The notes under the pieces: generated by a model | The model's input: the letters and a program-made list of their open reading frames with translations, nothing else | The model's database searches: none | What the model was told of the DNA's origin: nothing | Position numbers and translations under genes: made by a program | Part shown: piece by piece, positions 12,713 to 24,735 of the stretch | How the letters are laid out: every line of letters begins with the position of its first letter | How positions within the stretch are numbered: position 1 is the first letter of the stretch | NCBI RefSeq assembly: GCF_004010195.1 | Contig: NC_057718.1 | Span: 41,882,444-41,946,443 of the forward strand | Length of the DNA stretch: 64,000 nucleotides | Source of the DNA: Chiloscyllium plagiosum | Taxonomy: Eukaryota | Direction: 5' to 3'

Positions 12713-12840
12713 ACTTTTACCTGGCAAGGCTTTGATGTTTTTGTTCCCCTGGGGAGTCCATGGCTGAGCTTTGTGGATTTTCAGTTAAATCCTAGGACTG
12801 CAATAATTTGTACAGGGGGTCTTGTATAGGTGGCACTCAG
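12713..12840 (+). pseudogene. Degenerate U1 snRNA-like sequence
   Basis: TTACCTGGCA (12717-12726) as in the U1 5' end; GACTGCA-A-TAATTTGT (12796-12811) as in U1 helix H plus Sm site; GGGGG at 12815; the middle is about 30 nt shorter than U1 and poorly conserved. Confidence 0.4.
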
Positions 12841-13959
12841 TTTCTAACAAAACAAAACTAGGGCAAAATTGTCTCCATGGGTTTCAGGATGTCAAATATG
12901 TATCAGCAGCAAGCACAGAGAGCAGTCACCTGGCTGTGAATTTTCCTGAATTGACCAGTTGGTGACCAGAGGGCAAACTTGTCATTTACTTAAGACTGGC
13001 AGGAAGGGTCTCATGGGAGTACTACATCATACCAAAAGGACAGCCTGCAGCACTGAAGAAGCAACAGGCTGCCTTTTCAAATGCCATCTTGAGATGGATA
13101 ATCCCTCTCTCTAACCTTCTATGTGGGGCTGTTGGCAAGTTCTTCCAGAGAGCAGTCTGCAGCAGAGCTGAAGCCAACAGACAGAGCACAGGTTAAAGCC
13201 TGCATGATGTCCTCAGCTGTCTCCCCCAGGCAGCAGCCAGTAATGAAGATGAAACACATATCCCTGCAGGGGGCATCTCTTAAACTATTATCAATTATTA
13301 CTTCTCTCTACACAAGATAAGATGTAGTATTCCCATGACTCTATACTCAGAATACAGCAGCAATTGTTGAAGTCATATATTTATACATAGCCTCCCAGTT
13401 AACACTGTGTGTATAATAAGGTGCTTCAAGGCACTTGAGCTGTTTTCTGATGCCTCTGAGAGCCTAAAGGCCACTGGAAAATTCATTGTTAATGGGCCTT
13501 CAAAAGACATTAAAAAGCATTAATTTTCTGTTCACACTAACAAACTGATAGCCCTGGCTAGTCCGCCTGCAGGTAAATAGATGAGGGCTGGATGTGCCAG
13601 CAAGTCAGAATTCCAGGCAGTGTGAAATTCAATGCCTACCCACCTCCATTTTTGTCCCCATTGTGTCCTAAAAAATCAAGCTCTTTTCCCTCCACATCAT
13701 TTCAGTTTGTATAAGGTGCCTGAACTATCTTTATTGGTAGACAGGAAGTGTAACGGAACACCATCACCTCTAAATCTCCCTTAGACATCCTTACTTGATC
13801 AACTATCATCATACTGGCCTTGTTGATCAGACAAAACCTTCCTCCCAAACCACACTGAAGGAGTATCTTTATGTCATGCTTTGCAGTAGTTCCAGGAGAA
13901 GACTTGTCATCATCTTATCAAGGACATCTAGGAATGAACAATAAATGAGATCATGACTA

Positions 13960-14345
13960 ATTTGATAATCCTCAGCTCTCTTGTCTTTTTCTCATAACAT
14001 TTGATTCCCTTATTGATTAAAAGTCTGTCCATCTCAGCTTTGAATATATCTAATCTCATCAACCTTCTACAGTCTAGAATTCCACAAATTCAAAAGTTTC
14101 CGAGAGAAGAGATTCCTAATCATTTTTGCCTTATTGGGTGACCCCTTAATTTATGCCGTTTGGTCCTCGACTCTCCCACAGAGCAAACAACCTTTCCACA
14201 TCTACCCCGTTAAGCCCTTTAAGAATCCTATATGTTTCAATAAGATCTATTCTTATAAACTTCAATGAGTACAGGTCCAATCTATTCAATTTCATCTCAT
14301 AAGACAGTCCCTCCATACCTGGAATCAGCCTAGTGAATATTGAAC
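13960..14345 (-). mobile_element. CR1 3' fragment
   Basis: ORF 14146-14367: FTRLIPGMEGLSYEMKLNRLDLYSL...DLIETYRIL. Confidence 0.85.
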
Positions 14346-14449
14346 ATCTGAGATACCTATTCAGCATGAAAAATGAACAAGAACTGCAAAACTACAGAGA
14401 TTCCCAAGGCTTTGCTCTAATTGAAGTTGTTGTCAGATTGCTCATGGAA

Positions 14450-15780
14450 TGCATTTAAATGAAGCCCAAACCCAGCTCATTCATCCTGGAAGTGGGTTTC
14501 AATTAGGTTGTCTCCAGCCTCTTGGTCTCAACAATGCATTCCTTTGCTATGCTGCTTTGGTGGCTCTCCTGGTCAATTTTCTAATCCTTATCCTTGCCTT
14601 CATCCTCAGAAGGTTGCTGCCAGTCCCCCATTCCATCTGCACCCAGGGCATATCGCCTTCGTTGGCTCCAGTGTGTGCCACAATGCTGGCTGTCTCCCTT
14701 TCTGGATTATCCTGCAATCCAAGCATTGAAACCCCATCTTCAGGAGGCCTATGGTCTGTTTCACAATGACTTGATTGAAATAGTGGCAGGCTGTTTGTTC
14801 ATTCTGTGCCCTCTGAAGGATTTGTAAAAGTGGTGTGTGTCATGTTTGAAGGGGATAGCCTTTGTCTCTGAAGATCCATCTCTGCATGGCTCAAGGACCT
14901 TAGAATGAGGAACAAACCTGTGAATTCTTCTTTCTGTAAGTGTCATGGGAGCTCCCAGGTTATCTGGTGCAGTCCTCCAAACTTTTGCATTGATGGTCAC
15001 ATATAATTTGAATGCTGATGGTGTGAATGCCTTTTCTGTTGTCAAACTCTTTGTGTTGCTGATAGGACACTCTGAAAGTAATATGGGTGCAATTGATAAT
15101 GCACTGCACTTGGAGGAAGCCAGAGATGGTGAGAAGTCCACTGCCTGGGCTATGTGAAACTCCTGGTCATGGAAGTGAAATGAACAGCTGTGATCTGGAA
15201 AAAATGCCTATCAGTTAAATCCCTGGTGCATTTCTAGATCAAGATACTGCACAGATACCCAGTTGCTTCTTGAAATGAGTCAGTGGCTTAAAGATTGAAT
15301 GCAGTTGTAACTTTACCCATTGGTATGGCATTGCCATCCAGTCCTCCTGCCTCCAGTTCAATTATGTTATATCTTTCATCAGAGTCTGCACCATTTTTCA
15401 GAGTTGAAGAAATTGACAGTGAGACCGGTAAATCTTGGGTCTCATCATCCTCTTTCACCTCTTGCCAGATTTGTTAACAACATTGTAATTACTGTCTTCT
15501 CTACTTTGTCTTTAGATTTCAGCTAAGGCCTCAAGGACTCCAGCCATAGCAATCTCCATATGAGGTGCAAGAGTGTGTAATCTTTGCGGAACATCAGAAA
15601 GATAGTAATATTATGGAAGGAACTCCTGAGTGCTCATATCCAACCCAGTGAAGCCTTGTGTTATGCTTTCACACAGTGTGGTGTGGAAGCTTCTCAAGGA
15701 GATCATTGTCCTTAGGACCAGTCTTCAGGAACTGACCTCTGTGGCCACCTGCTCCAGATCTAATTGGAGGATAAACTTTA
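14450..15780 (-). mobile_element. Decayed PIF/Harbinger DNA transposon (HARBI1-type DDE transposase; possible Myb/SANT remnant upstream)
   Basis: Manual minus-strand translation: KVTTAFNL*ATDSFQEATGYLC...GFLQVQCIINCTHI...EFDNRKGIHTISIQIICDH...PGSSHD...WIFRDKGYPLQT...VKQTIGLLKMGFQCLD; LEQVATEVSS*RLVLRT near 15700-15760. Confidence 0.85.
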
Positions 15781-17224
15781 TAGGCTTGTTGCTTCTCTGC
15801 TGCATTACTGTTCTTTATCTACCATTGTAACCTTAGTGGCCTGAATTCACCCTCTGTACAGAGATTCCAATTCCCTTTAAGAGGAGCAGGCAGGCTGTGC
15901 CGTTTGAAGCAGCAGTCGGACATTCTGCCAGACCTGCTGAGTTTCTCTAGCAATTTCCATTTTGTTTCTGATTTCTAACATCCTCAGTTCTTTCGGTTTT
16001 TATTTAGAAGTGGAAAGGTTGTTTTCCTGTGGAAAACTGAAGCATTAGGAGCTATCTAACCTTAACCACTGCTGATTCCCCAGCTGAGTGTGCAGCCAGA
16101 CAGCTGTACACTTTGTTTTGAACCACATGTTGCAGTTTCGATAATGAGCAGGCACAAAACTTACATCTGTCTGCATTAATGGGACTGCACATGGAGTAAA
16201 TGCATTTTGAGACCAGCACCCGATATCATTATTGTTGCAAATATAGTTAAGGAGTATCTGGAAATAAACAAATAATGTATTTCCTTCTTTCCTTCTTTCC
16301 AACCTCATGTTTCTATGATATATGACTATTACTTGGTCAGACCAAGCTTAGATTTTGTGCAAATCCTGTTCTGGACCTGCATGGTTTGCTTTACTATTGA
16401 AGAGCTATGAATAGAACTGAATATTATAGCAATGTCAGTAAACTGCTCCACTCCTATTAGAGAAAAAGCAGTAATTAAGCAATTGAAGCCGGTTGAGTCA
16501 AGGATGCTTTCCTGAGTTTAATCACTTTGTTGTTGCTTTATTGCATTGCAAGCTGTAGACAGAAAATAGGGCACTCTGTCACTTTGAGTCTGGCAGAAAT
16601 GTGATGGAAGAGCTGGAAAATATAACAGGACCTGGCATCTGGTGGATCCTAACCTTCCCAGCTACATTCTGCAAGAGCCAATTTGAGTCAGTGTCTAAAA
16701 GGGCACCCACTCTATAGGGAGGGTGGCTGAGAGAGAGAGGAAGCCCATAACTGGTACATCCTCATCTGTGGCTTGGCAATGCTGATGAGGCCTGTCAAAT
16801 GGCAGCAATGAATTCACCAGGCATGGGAATTGGTCTGGTTCCCTGGAGATATTTAAAATATTTAAAGCAGCTTTGGATTCCTTATAATGTTGTTGTAAAG
16901 GAACTTCCTCAAAGGTTTATTGGAAGATTTCTAGATATCAAAGATGTCAGGGGTGAGGGCATAAAGGCCTCATCTAGACTGAAGGACTAAACATGCTGGT
17001 GGGAGGATGTCATCACAACTGCATTATGCAGCATCACTCCACTGGCATTATTACAATTAGGAAAATTTGCCAACTTCAAAGAGACATCGGGTTCAATACA
17101 AATTTTTCCCAGTGAGCCAATCCTGGTTCTTAAACAAGTATGAAAGACAAGTGTTCAATATCATAGAGAAATCATTTGAGCTTTTGTTTCACTTTTTTTT
17201 ATTGGTACCTGTTCTGAACAGTCT

Positions 17225-17870
17225 TAGGAAATAGAAGCTGGATAGGCGATTCACCCCTTGAGCTTAGTCCGACATGCAATTGTATATCAACTGATCTTCA
17301 ATGCAACACTATTTTCTTGCACTGTCCCCATTTCTTTTGATGTGTTTGATATCTAGAAATCTATCAGTCTCATTCTTGAATATACTCAATGTTTGTGCTT
17401 CCATAGCCCTCTGGGATAGAAAACTGCAAAGATTCATGGCCCTCATCCTCACTTCTTCTGAAATGGATTATCATTATTCTGAGACTGCATCCTTGTTCTC
17501 GATCCCCCACCAGGGGAACTACCATTCCTGATCTATCCTGTCAGTCCCTATAAGAATCTTACAGGTTTCAGTGAGATCACCTCTCATTTTTCTAAACTCT
17601 TAAGAAGGCCACTTTGTCATAGGGTTATTAATTAACTTTTCTCATTGCACAATATTAGATTTAAAAGAGCCCATTCTCTAGTTTGTTCCTCAGCATACTC
17701 TTTTAGAAATCGACCCTGTATCAGTTCCTAGAATTTGTCCAGTGCAGAATTAACACGAATTTGGTTTACTCAGTGTATATGTGGATCAAAGTCCACTATA
17801 ATTACTGTATTACTCCTATTTCAAACCCCTATAATTTATATAATAATTTACATGACCACGACTTTGGGAA
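17225..17870 (-). mobile_element. Old internally deleted CR1 (endonuclease remnant plus 3' end)
   Basis: Minus-strand VIIVDFDPHIH...EYAEEQTRE resembles CR1 APE; 17225-17610 resembles a CR1 3' end. Confidence 0.6.
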
Positions 17871-18545
17871 TATAGAATATTCATTATTGTCACTTGTACT
17901 CCAGTACAGAAGTACAGGAATACAGTGAAGTTTTTACAATGGCTGCCTTTTACTGGCAACATCTTAGGTACAAGTACTGTATCTAGGAACAAATCGTACA
18001 GAGTAAAAAAAAAGCTTTATTATACAAAAAGAGCATTAAAGGAAAACAGTAGCTTTACTTACAGTTGTCTGAGTTAGAAATGAGGTAGTTATAACATTGT
18101 GAAAAGGACTTATATTCCAGTCCAGTAAAGAATTCCAAAAAGCAGCAACTCAGGATATGGCACCAGAGCCTCCAGACCTCTCCTCACTGGCACTCAGCAG
18201 CAACAAGATAAATCGTGCTGTACCGGGAATCACCTCCACCTCATGCCACTCCAGGACGCGGGATTCCTCATGCGCCGGCGCTCTGGGATTTCAGCCCTGA
18301 CTCGGCCCGTTCGCCGCTCCGTGACTCGCTCTGGGACTTGGTCTCTCCATTGCTCCAGGATTCGGCCCCTCTGTCGCTCTAGGACTCAGCCTGTCCATCG
18401 CTCCTTTCTCTGGGTAGGGGTAATTAAAAGTTGTGGGGTTGGGGGAGAAATGAAATACTTCAAATAGGAGGGAAAAAAAGAAAGGAAACGGAACTGGTGA
18501 GCAGAGGAGCTCTGGCTGGAGCATCCTACCCTGCTGCCATCTTCC
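17870..18545 (-). mobile_element. Non-coding, non-autonomous retroelement with GC-rich minisatellite (same family as 4950-5560)
   Basis: Minus strand begins GGAAGATGGCAGC...CTCCAGCCAGAGCTC; approximately 25-30 bp degenerate units at 18240-18405; ends GAGTACAAGTGACAATAA. Confidence 0.65.
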
Positions 18546-18589
18546 ATAATTCCCACTAATGTTCATTGCCCCTTGTGTTTCCTAGCTCC

Positions 18590-19210
18590 ACCCTTAGCAG
18601 GCATACACCCTCAGGCATGCATATTGGTGAGTGCAGATCACCCAGACATTACTTGAATGGAGCCCCTTCCTATTGACGAATTCTGCTGCATTGTGATATG
18701 TCCCTGTCTGTACCATGTGCACAGTTGGTGACACCCTGAACCTCAGGGAAACCGCCTGTGTTCCTGAATCCTTTTGCCTGGGCTGCAACACTGACCCCAG
18801 CGTGGAGAAACAAAGTGAGCTGGTTTGATCTTCAACAGAGAGTGTCAGCCACTGTTCTGAGACATATCTGTGTGCATGACAGAGAGATGTCACACAGGTC
18901 ACCCATCACTTGAAGGAACCAGTAGTGTAGATGTTCAAAGCACTATCACCTTCACAGCTGCCAGGAGACAATGGCTTCCCATTCATCAGCATTCAGAAGC
19001 TGGAACAGTTCTGTCAGTGTTTTGGGATATACGGATTCTGCAACAATAGTGCACCTTGCTCATCCCTAATGAAGACGGAGCATAAACTCTGGTCCTTTCA
19101 TAGATCTCGAGGAGCTCTGTGCTGCAACTTCTGCCTGGGCGGGGTGCTCCTTTGCCTCTTGCTGCTTTTCCTAGGGTTGCTATCAGCCCTATTAATCCTG
19201 CATCCATCTT
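18590..19210 (-). mobile_element. Second decayed Harbinger transposase fragment
   Basis: ORF 18594-18902 contains EFVNRKGLHSSNVWVICTHQ; upstream ALNIYTTGSF...GDLCDIS motif. Confidence 0.8.
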
Positions 19211-20055
19211 CTTAGATAGACAGTTACAATGATCAATATCCCATCTGCATCAGTCTTGCTGCCAATGTCGCATGTTGGGAATATAAGGAACAAAGCAGTT
19301 TCTTAGCAATGAGAAGAGTTGGTAAGGATGAGGACTGTACATGCTCTTCCATATGATGAGACATGCTGAGCCTCAAGAAGGAGGGTCATGTCTCCATCAA
19401 TCATTTATTTCAGCCTCAGTGTGTGCAGCAACCAGTAAGGGTGCCTCACTGATGCCCTCCTCAAAACATGCTTCTACCTTCCTCAGCGCAAGTCTTAGTG
19501 ACTTAAGCTCCACCATCTTCAGTTGCTTCATCAAAGACCTTCCCACTAGCATAAGGTCAGAAGTGGACATGTTCGCTGATGATTTCATAACGTTCAGCAT
19601 CATTCGTGATTCCTCAGATACTGAAGCAGCCCATGTTCAAATGCAACAAGATCTGGACAATATCCAGGCTTGGGCTGACATGTGGCAATGACATTCATGC
19701 TGTACAAATGACAGGCAATGTCCATCTTCAATAAGAGACCATCTAACCACCATCCCTTGACATTCAATGGTGTTACCATCACTGAACTCCCCACTGTCAT
19801 CATCCTTGGGGTTGACATTGACCAGAAATTCAACTGGACTGACCACATAAACACAATGTCTACCAGGGCAGGTCAGAGGCTAGCAACACTGCATTGTTTA
19901 ACTCACCAAAGCCTGTCCACCATAAACAAGGCACAAATCAGGAGTGTGATGAAATACTCCACACTTACCTGGATGGGTGCAGCTCCAATAACACTGAAGA
20001 AGCTTGACTCCATCCAAGACAAAGCAGTCTTCTTGATTGGCATCACATCCAAAGA

Positions 20056-20580
20056 GGAGAAAGTGAGGTCTGCAGATGCTGGAAATCAGAGCTGAAAATG
20101 TGTTGCTGGAACAGCGCAGCAGGTCAGGCAGCATCCAGGGAACAGGAGAATCGACGTTTCGGGCATAAGCCCTTCTTCAGACCACAACAACACGACAGTT
20201 GGAGGAAGAGCGCCTCATCTTCCGCCTAGGAACCCTCCAACCACAAGGGATGAACTCGGATTTCACCAGTTTCCTCATTTCCCCTCCCCCCACCTTGTCT
20301 CAGTCAAATCCATCGAACTCAGCACCGCCTTCCTAACCTGCAATCTTCTTCCTGACCTCTCCGCCCCCACCCCAGTCTGACCTATCACCCTCACCTTGAC
20401 CTCTTTCCACCTATCGCATTTCCAACGCCCCTCCCCCAAGTCCCTCCTCCCTACCTTTTATCTTAGCCTGCTGGACACACTTTCCTCATTCCTGAAGAAG
20501 GGCTTATGCCCGAAACGTCGATTCTTCTGTTCCCTGGATGCTGCCTGACATGCTGCGCTGTTCCAGCAACACATTTTCAG
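20056..20580 (+). mobile_element. Young truncated Penelope-like element with inverted terminal copy
   Basis: Arms 20092-20180 and 20491-20580 are near-perfect reverse complements; middle encodes TRQLEEERLIFRLGTLQPQGMNSDF (GIY-YIG C-terminus); TSD ATCACATCC(A/C)AAGA at 20042 and 20581. Confidence 0.9.
20486..20524 (+). ncRNA. Minimal type I hammerhead ribozyme motif (family A)
   Basis: CTGAAGA (20492-20498)-A-GGGC-ttat-GCCC-GAAA (20512-20515)-CGT-C; palindromic ACGT in place of helix III. Activity untested. Confidence 0.7.
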
Positions 20581-20958
20581 ATCACATCCCAAGAACCAAC
20601 TCCCACCACCACTGATGCTCAGTAACAGCAGTGTGTACTATCTACAAGATGCACTGCAGAAATTCACCAAAAATCCTTAGATAGCACTTTTCAAACCCAT
20701 GATCACTTCCATCTAGAAAGCCAAGAACATCAGATACATAGCAACACCACTACCCTCAAGTTCCCCTCCAGGCCATCCTGATTGGAAATATATTACCATT
20801 TCTTCACTGTCACTGGTTCAAAGTTCTAGAATTCCCCACCACTCAACAAATGGAATACCATTTCACTCCAGACCTCTGATCGACTTCGACGAGTAGCTCC
20901 TAGATATGGCTGACCAGACCCTGGTTGCTGGTTTTGTATCTGCTTGCCTGACATTATA

Positions 20959-21172
20959 TGACATGGAGGAGCTGGTGTTGGATTGGGATGGACAAAGTTA
21001 AAAATCACACAACACCATGTTATAGTCCAACAGGTTTATTTGGACGTACAAGCTTTCGGAGTGCTGGTGTTTCGTCAGGTAGCTACCTGATGAAGGAGCA
21101 GCACTCCGAAAGCTTGTACATCTAAATAAACCTGTTGGACTATAACCTGGCATTGTGTGATTTTTAACTTTG
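20959..21172. mobile_element. Spacer-less palindromic Penelope-derived mini-element
   Basis: 90-bp arms 20993-21082 and 21083-21172, centre CAGGTAG|CTACCTG. Confidence 0.85.
21084..21118 (+). ncRNA. Minimal hammerhead ribozyme motif (family B)
   Basis: TAC-CTGATGA (21087-21093)-A-GGAG-cagca-CTCC-GAAA (21108-21111)-GCT-T-GTA; helix I TAC/GTA. Confidence 0.7.
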
Positions 21173-21544
21173 ATGATATATGATTCTCCTGACTGCTTAT
21201 GTTGAGTCCTGTTGGGCTATCGGTATTGATAGTGCATTGGAGCTTCAGCCACAGCCAAAGACTAACAGGCATGGCACAGCATGGCAAGGCAGGATGAAGT
21301 GAGCCAAGCATTAAGAGAGAAAGGAAGCAATGCTGCAATGCAGCCTGGTCGAATCCATGAGCTGCGTGCCTGTCCCTGCACACAAGGTATTTTTGTAGCA
21401 GCCTTTCAGTGCTAGTTGCTGGCACACCCTGCAATGCAAGTCTGAACTGCCTAAGGATTTGGCAAGTGGAGGCCAGTGTATGAAGCTGGTGGCACTGAGA
21501 TGCTGTTTTGCACTGAACAACATGGAGCGTCTTTACAGCCATCA

Positions 21545-22085
21545 GTATTTTGGTCGCCTTGCTATAGGAAGGATGTTATTAAACTGGAAACAGTGCAGAA
21601 GAAATTTACAAGGATTTTGCCAGGAATCAATGGTCTGAGTTATAGGGAGAGGTTGGAGAAGCTAGTACTTTTTACTTTAGAGCATAGGAGACTGAGGGGG
21701 GGGGGGGGGGGATCTTATCAAAATGTATAAGATCATGAGAGACATAAATAGGGTTAATGCACTCAGTCTTTTCCCCAGGATTGGGGACCGGTAGACTAGA
21801 GGGAGTCAGTTTCAGGTTAAAGGGGGAAAGAATAAAAGGGAACCTGCGGGGCAATTTTCTTTTATACAGAGGGTGGTATGCATAAGGAATGAGCTGCCAG
21901 CGGACATGGTTGAGGCAGGTACATTAACAACATTTAAAAGGCATTTGGACAAATACATGGATAGGAAAGGTTTAGAATGATATGGGTCAAGTGCAGGGAA
22001 ATGGAGGTAACGTGGATGGACATTTTGGTCAGCCTGGACCAGTTTGGGCCAAACATCTCTGTGCTATTGGATTCTACGACTCTGT
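21545..22085 (+). mobile_element. 5'-truncated CR1 LINE
   Basis: FWSPCYRKDVIKLETVQKKFTRILPG; 3' tail ATTCTACGACTCT. Confidence 0.9.
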
Positions 22086-22599
22086 GAGTTGATGTCACCA
22101 GGTACCTGCTCTGATGTCAGGTAAACTCAATGTTTAGTTTGCTCATGGCAAATGGACGAATAGAAAGCTGTGTATTAATGAGGTGAGATGTGCAGTTAAT
22201 AAGGTTAACAAGCAATAATCTCCCTTAATAGGTAACTCACCACAGCCCAGTGATAATCTCACCTTGCACCTGGAATTTAGTTAAAAGCTGGAACAAGTTG
22301 CTGGACTTCTTTCATGATTCTGCCACATTTCTCGCCATTGTCCACATTATTCAGGTCCCTATAGAAGTCCATCGCTAGTTCTCTTGTGTAGATGTAATCG
22401 GATGACTGAGCCCATCAAAAAGCAGTTGGTCAAACAAGTGAACAAGCAGGTTAGGAAGCAGTTAAATGGGATTGGAAACCATTTGGACTGAACAAGCCGA
22501 TGAGCAAATGTATTGCAAAACACCCAGGGCACACATCAGCAAGTAGGTTGGGAAGCAGTCAGAATGGGTCAACATTCACTTCAGCTGATGTGGCTGGAA

Positions 22600-23135
22600 T
22601 TTCTTTATGCGCTTGTGAGACATAGGCATCACTGCTGGCCTAGCATTTGTTCCATTCATTCCTGATGAAGGGCTTTTGCCTGAAATGTCGATTTTCCTGC
22701 TCCTCGGATGCTGCCTGACTTGCTGTGCTTTTCCAGCACCACTCTAATCTAAACTCTGATTTCCAGCATCTGCAGTCCTCACTTTTGCCTAGCGTTTGTT
22801 GCCTGTCCCTTACTGCTCTTAAGTCGAGTGGCTTGCTGGGCCATTTTAGAGGGCAGTTAAGAACCATCCATTTTGCTGTGGGTGTGGAGTCACATGTAGG
22901 CCAATACAGGTGAAAATGGCAGATTTCCTTCCCCGATAGTCATGAGTAAACCATATGGATTTTTCTGACAATCAGCAATAGTTTCATGGTCATCAGTAAA
23001 TTCTTAATTCCAGATTTTTTTATTATTGAATTCAAATTCCACTGTCTGTCATGGCAAGCTTTGAACCCTGGTCCCCAGAATATTGCCTGGAACCTCTATA
23101 TTAATAGGTAATACCAGTAGACCATTGCTTCCCCT
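22600..23135 (-). mobile_element. SacSINE1-like Deu-SINE, interrupted at 22652-22786
   Basis: Matches recalled shark SINE pattern (GAGTCACATGTAGGCC...ATTGAATTCAAATTCCAC...GAACCC); related copy at 30590. Confidence 0.75.
22652..22786 (+). mobile_element. Penelope-derived terminal fragment with hammerhead motif
   Basis: CCTGATGAAGGGCTTTTGCCTGAAATGTC; TSD GCCTAGC(A/G)TTTGTT at 22638-22651 and 22787-22800. Confidence 0.85.
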
Positions 23136-23601
23136 AACGTTGCCTTCTGCATCTAGAATTTCCTATGGTCTTGTTTGGGTAGAACTTAATTACCCCAGTA
23201 GCTGGATAGCTGTGGTTTAGCACCGACCTCAAGATGTCCTTAATGTTTGTATATTTTCACCCTCAGGAGGCACCATCATTGATCACTTTATGTTTCTCCA
23301 TCAAATTAGTATGGTAATGCAGTTTACAGGAAATCCCAATTATTCATGGGTCTCTGGTGTGGGATGTTGGAGGAAACCTGAGAATCTGTCAAAATGTCAG
23401 AATTTGTGCTAGACCATGGCATATTCACTGGTCATTATCATTGATACATACATTTCATGAAAAAGAAGTCTTTTCTGCAGGTGTGTTTCAATGCTAAATC
23501 TGGTATCATGAAATAGACCTACTGGGATGGGAAATCTCCATGGATATGAAGCCATGTTTTTTGCTAAACTAACTAATTTTAAAAGTTAACTCTATTCATT
23601 A

Positions 23602-23814
23602 CAGGAAGTCCCCAGGTTACAAACGAGTTCCTTTTTTTTCCTGCTGTTCATAAGCCGAATTTGTGTGTAAGTCAGAACAGGTACGGGTTAATTAGTCCGC
23701 CTGTTCATTCGGATGAAACATTGTACGTAACTCAGAGTTTTAAAAATGAGAAGCTGGAGGTCGGTTCGTAAGTACAGGACGTAAGTCAGACGTTCGTAAC
23801 ATGGGGACTTCCTC
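23602..23814. mobile_element. Tc1/mariner (Tigger-like) MITE
   Basis: TIRs CAGGAAGTCCCCAGGTTAC / GTAACATGGGGACTTCCTC flanked by TA on both sides. Confidence 0.85.
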
Positions 23815-24092
23815 TAATAGGTATTATGAGAACTACCAGAAAACATGGGAATTGATCATCATTATCGTGCAGATTGACACAGATTGAGTGAAACTCCGAA
23901 TGGATCGTGATGATTCTACAAATTTGTGCAATATGTTCATTCTTGAACTCTGGGAAATGCCAAAACCTGGGTAAAACCATTTCCTGTTTCTTCTAAAAGT
24001 TGATGAGAAAAACGATCAAGCTGTATCTCCAGCAAGCAAGGAGATAGTCGTCTATTTTATATTTTATACATGTCTCTCTGTTGAAGGTAGCT

Positions 24093-24500
24093 ATGATGTG
24101 GAGATACCGATATTGGACAAAATCAGAAGTCACACAACACCAGGTTAAAGTCCAACAGGTTTATTTAAAATCACAAGCTTTCCCAGTGCTGCTCAGGTGC
24201 AGTGGAGGGAAGTACACATTCATTTGTTATTCAGACACTTGACACTTCATGCACATTGTTTGACACTTTTGATCACCTGCATAGACTTGTTATTCAGCTT
24301 GTCGATGTTCCACTCACAATATTTGTATTTATCTGTCGACATTCCCAATTACTTGGAATTATCTTACCATTATCTCTCCGCCTACAAATTCTGTGCCTGT
24401 GCACTTCCCTTTACTTCACCTGATGAAGGAGCAGTGCTCCAAAAGCTTGTGATTTCAAATAAACCTGTTGCACTGTAACCTGGTGTCATGTGACTTCTGT
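24093..24500 (+). mobile_element. Penelope-derived mini-element with inverted hammerhead-bearing ends
   Basis: CAGAAGTCAC...CAACAGGTTTATTT...ATCACAAGCTTT left arm inverted at the right end; CTGATGA at about 24420 with GAAA decayed. Confidence 0.8.
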
Positions 24501-24735
24501 CTCTATTGAAGCATAGCCTTTGTACTCATTACTTTTTTTTTCCTTTAAATACAGAGAAATAGTAAGGTTCTAGAAAACATGCAAACATGAGGACTCCAAC
24601 ATTTTTTCTACTTATAACTTCGAACAAAGAATGCACAAGTGTTAATGAAATGGATTTACAAAAGATTAAAAAAATCCCAAGTTCCAACCACAATTGGCTA
24701 GAATGTCCCTTTAAACCCATTTAATCCCTTTAAAT

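Larger units (their letters stand above)
19481..20870 (+). mobile_element. CR1-clade LINE RT fragment interrupted by a Penelope insertion
   Basis: TIFSCFIKDLPTSIRSEVDMFADD...MQQDLDNIQAWADMWQ; ILGVDIDQKFNWTDHI. Confidence 0.9.

Noticed and set aside
18240..18405. CRISPR-like repeat array
   Set aside because: Degenerate minisatellite without unique spacers or cas genes, in a vertebrate context.
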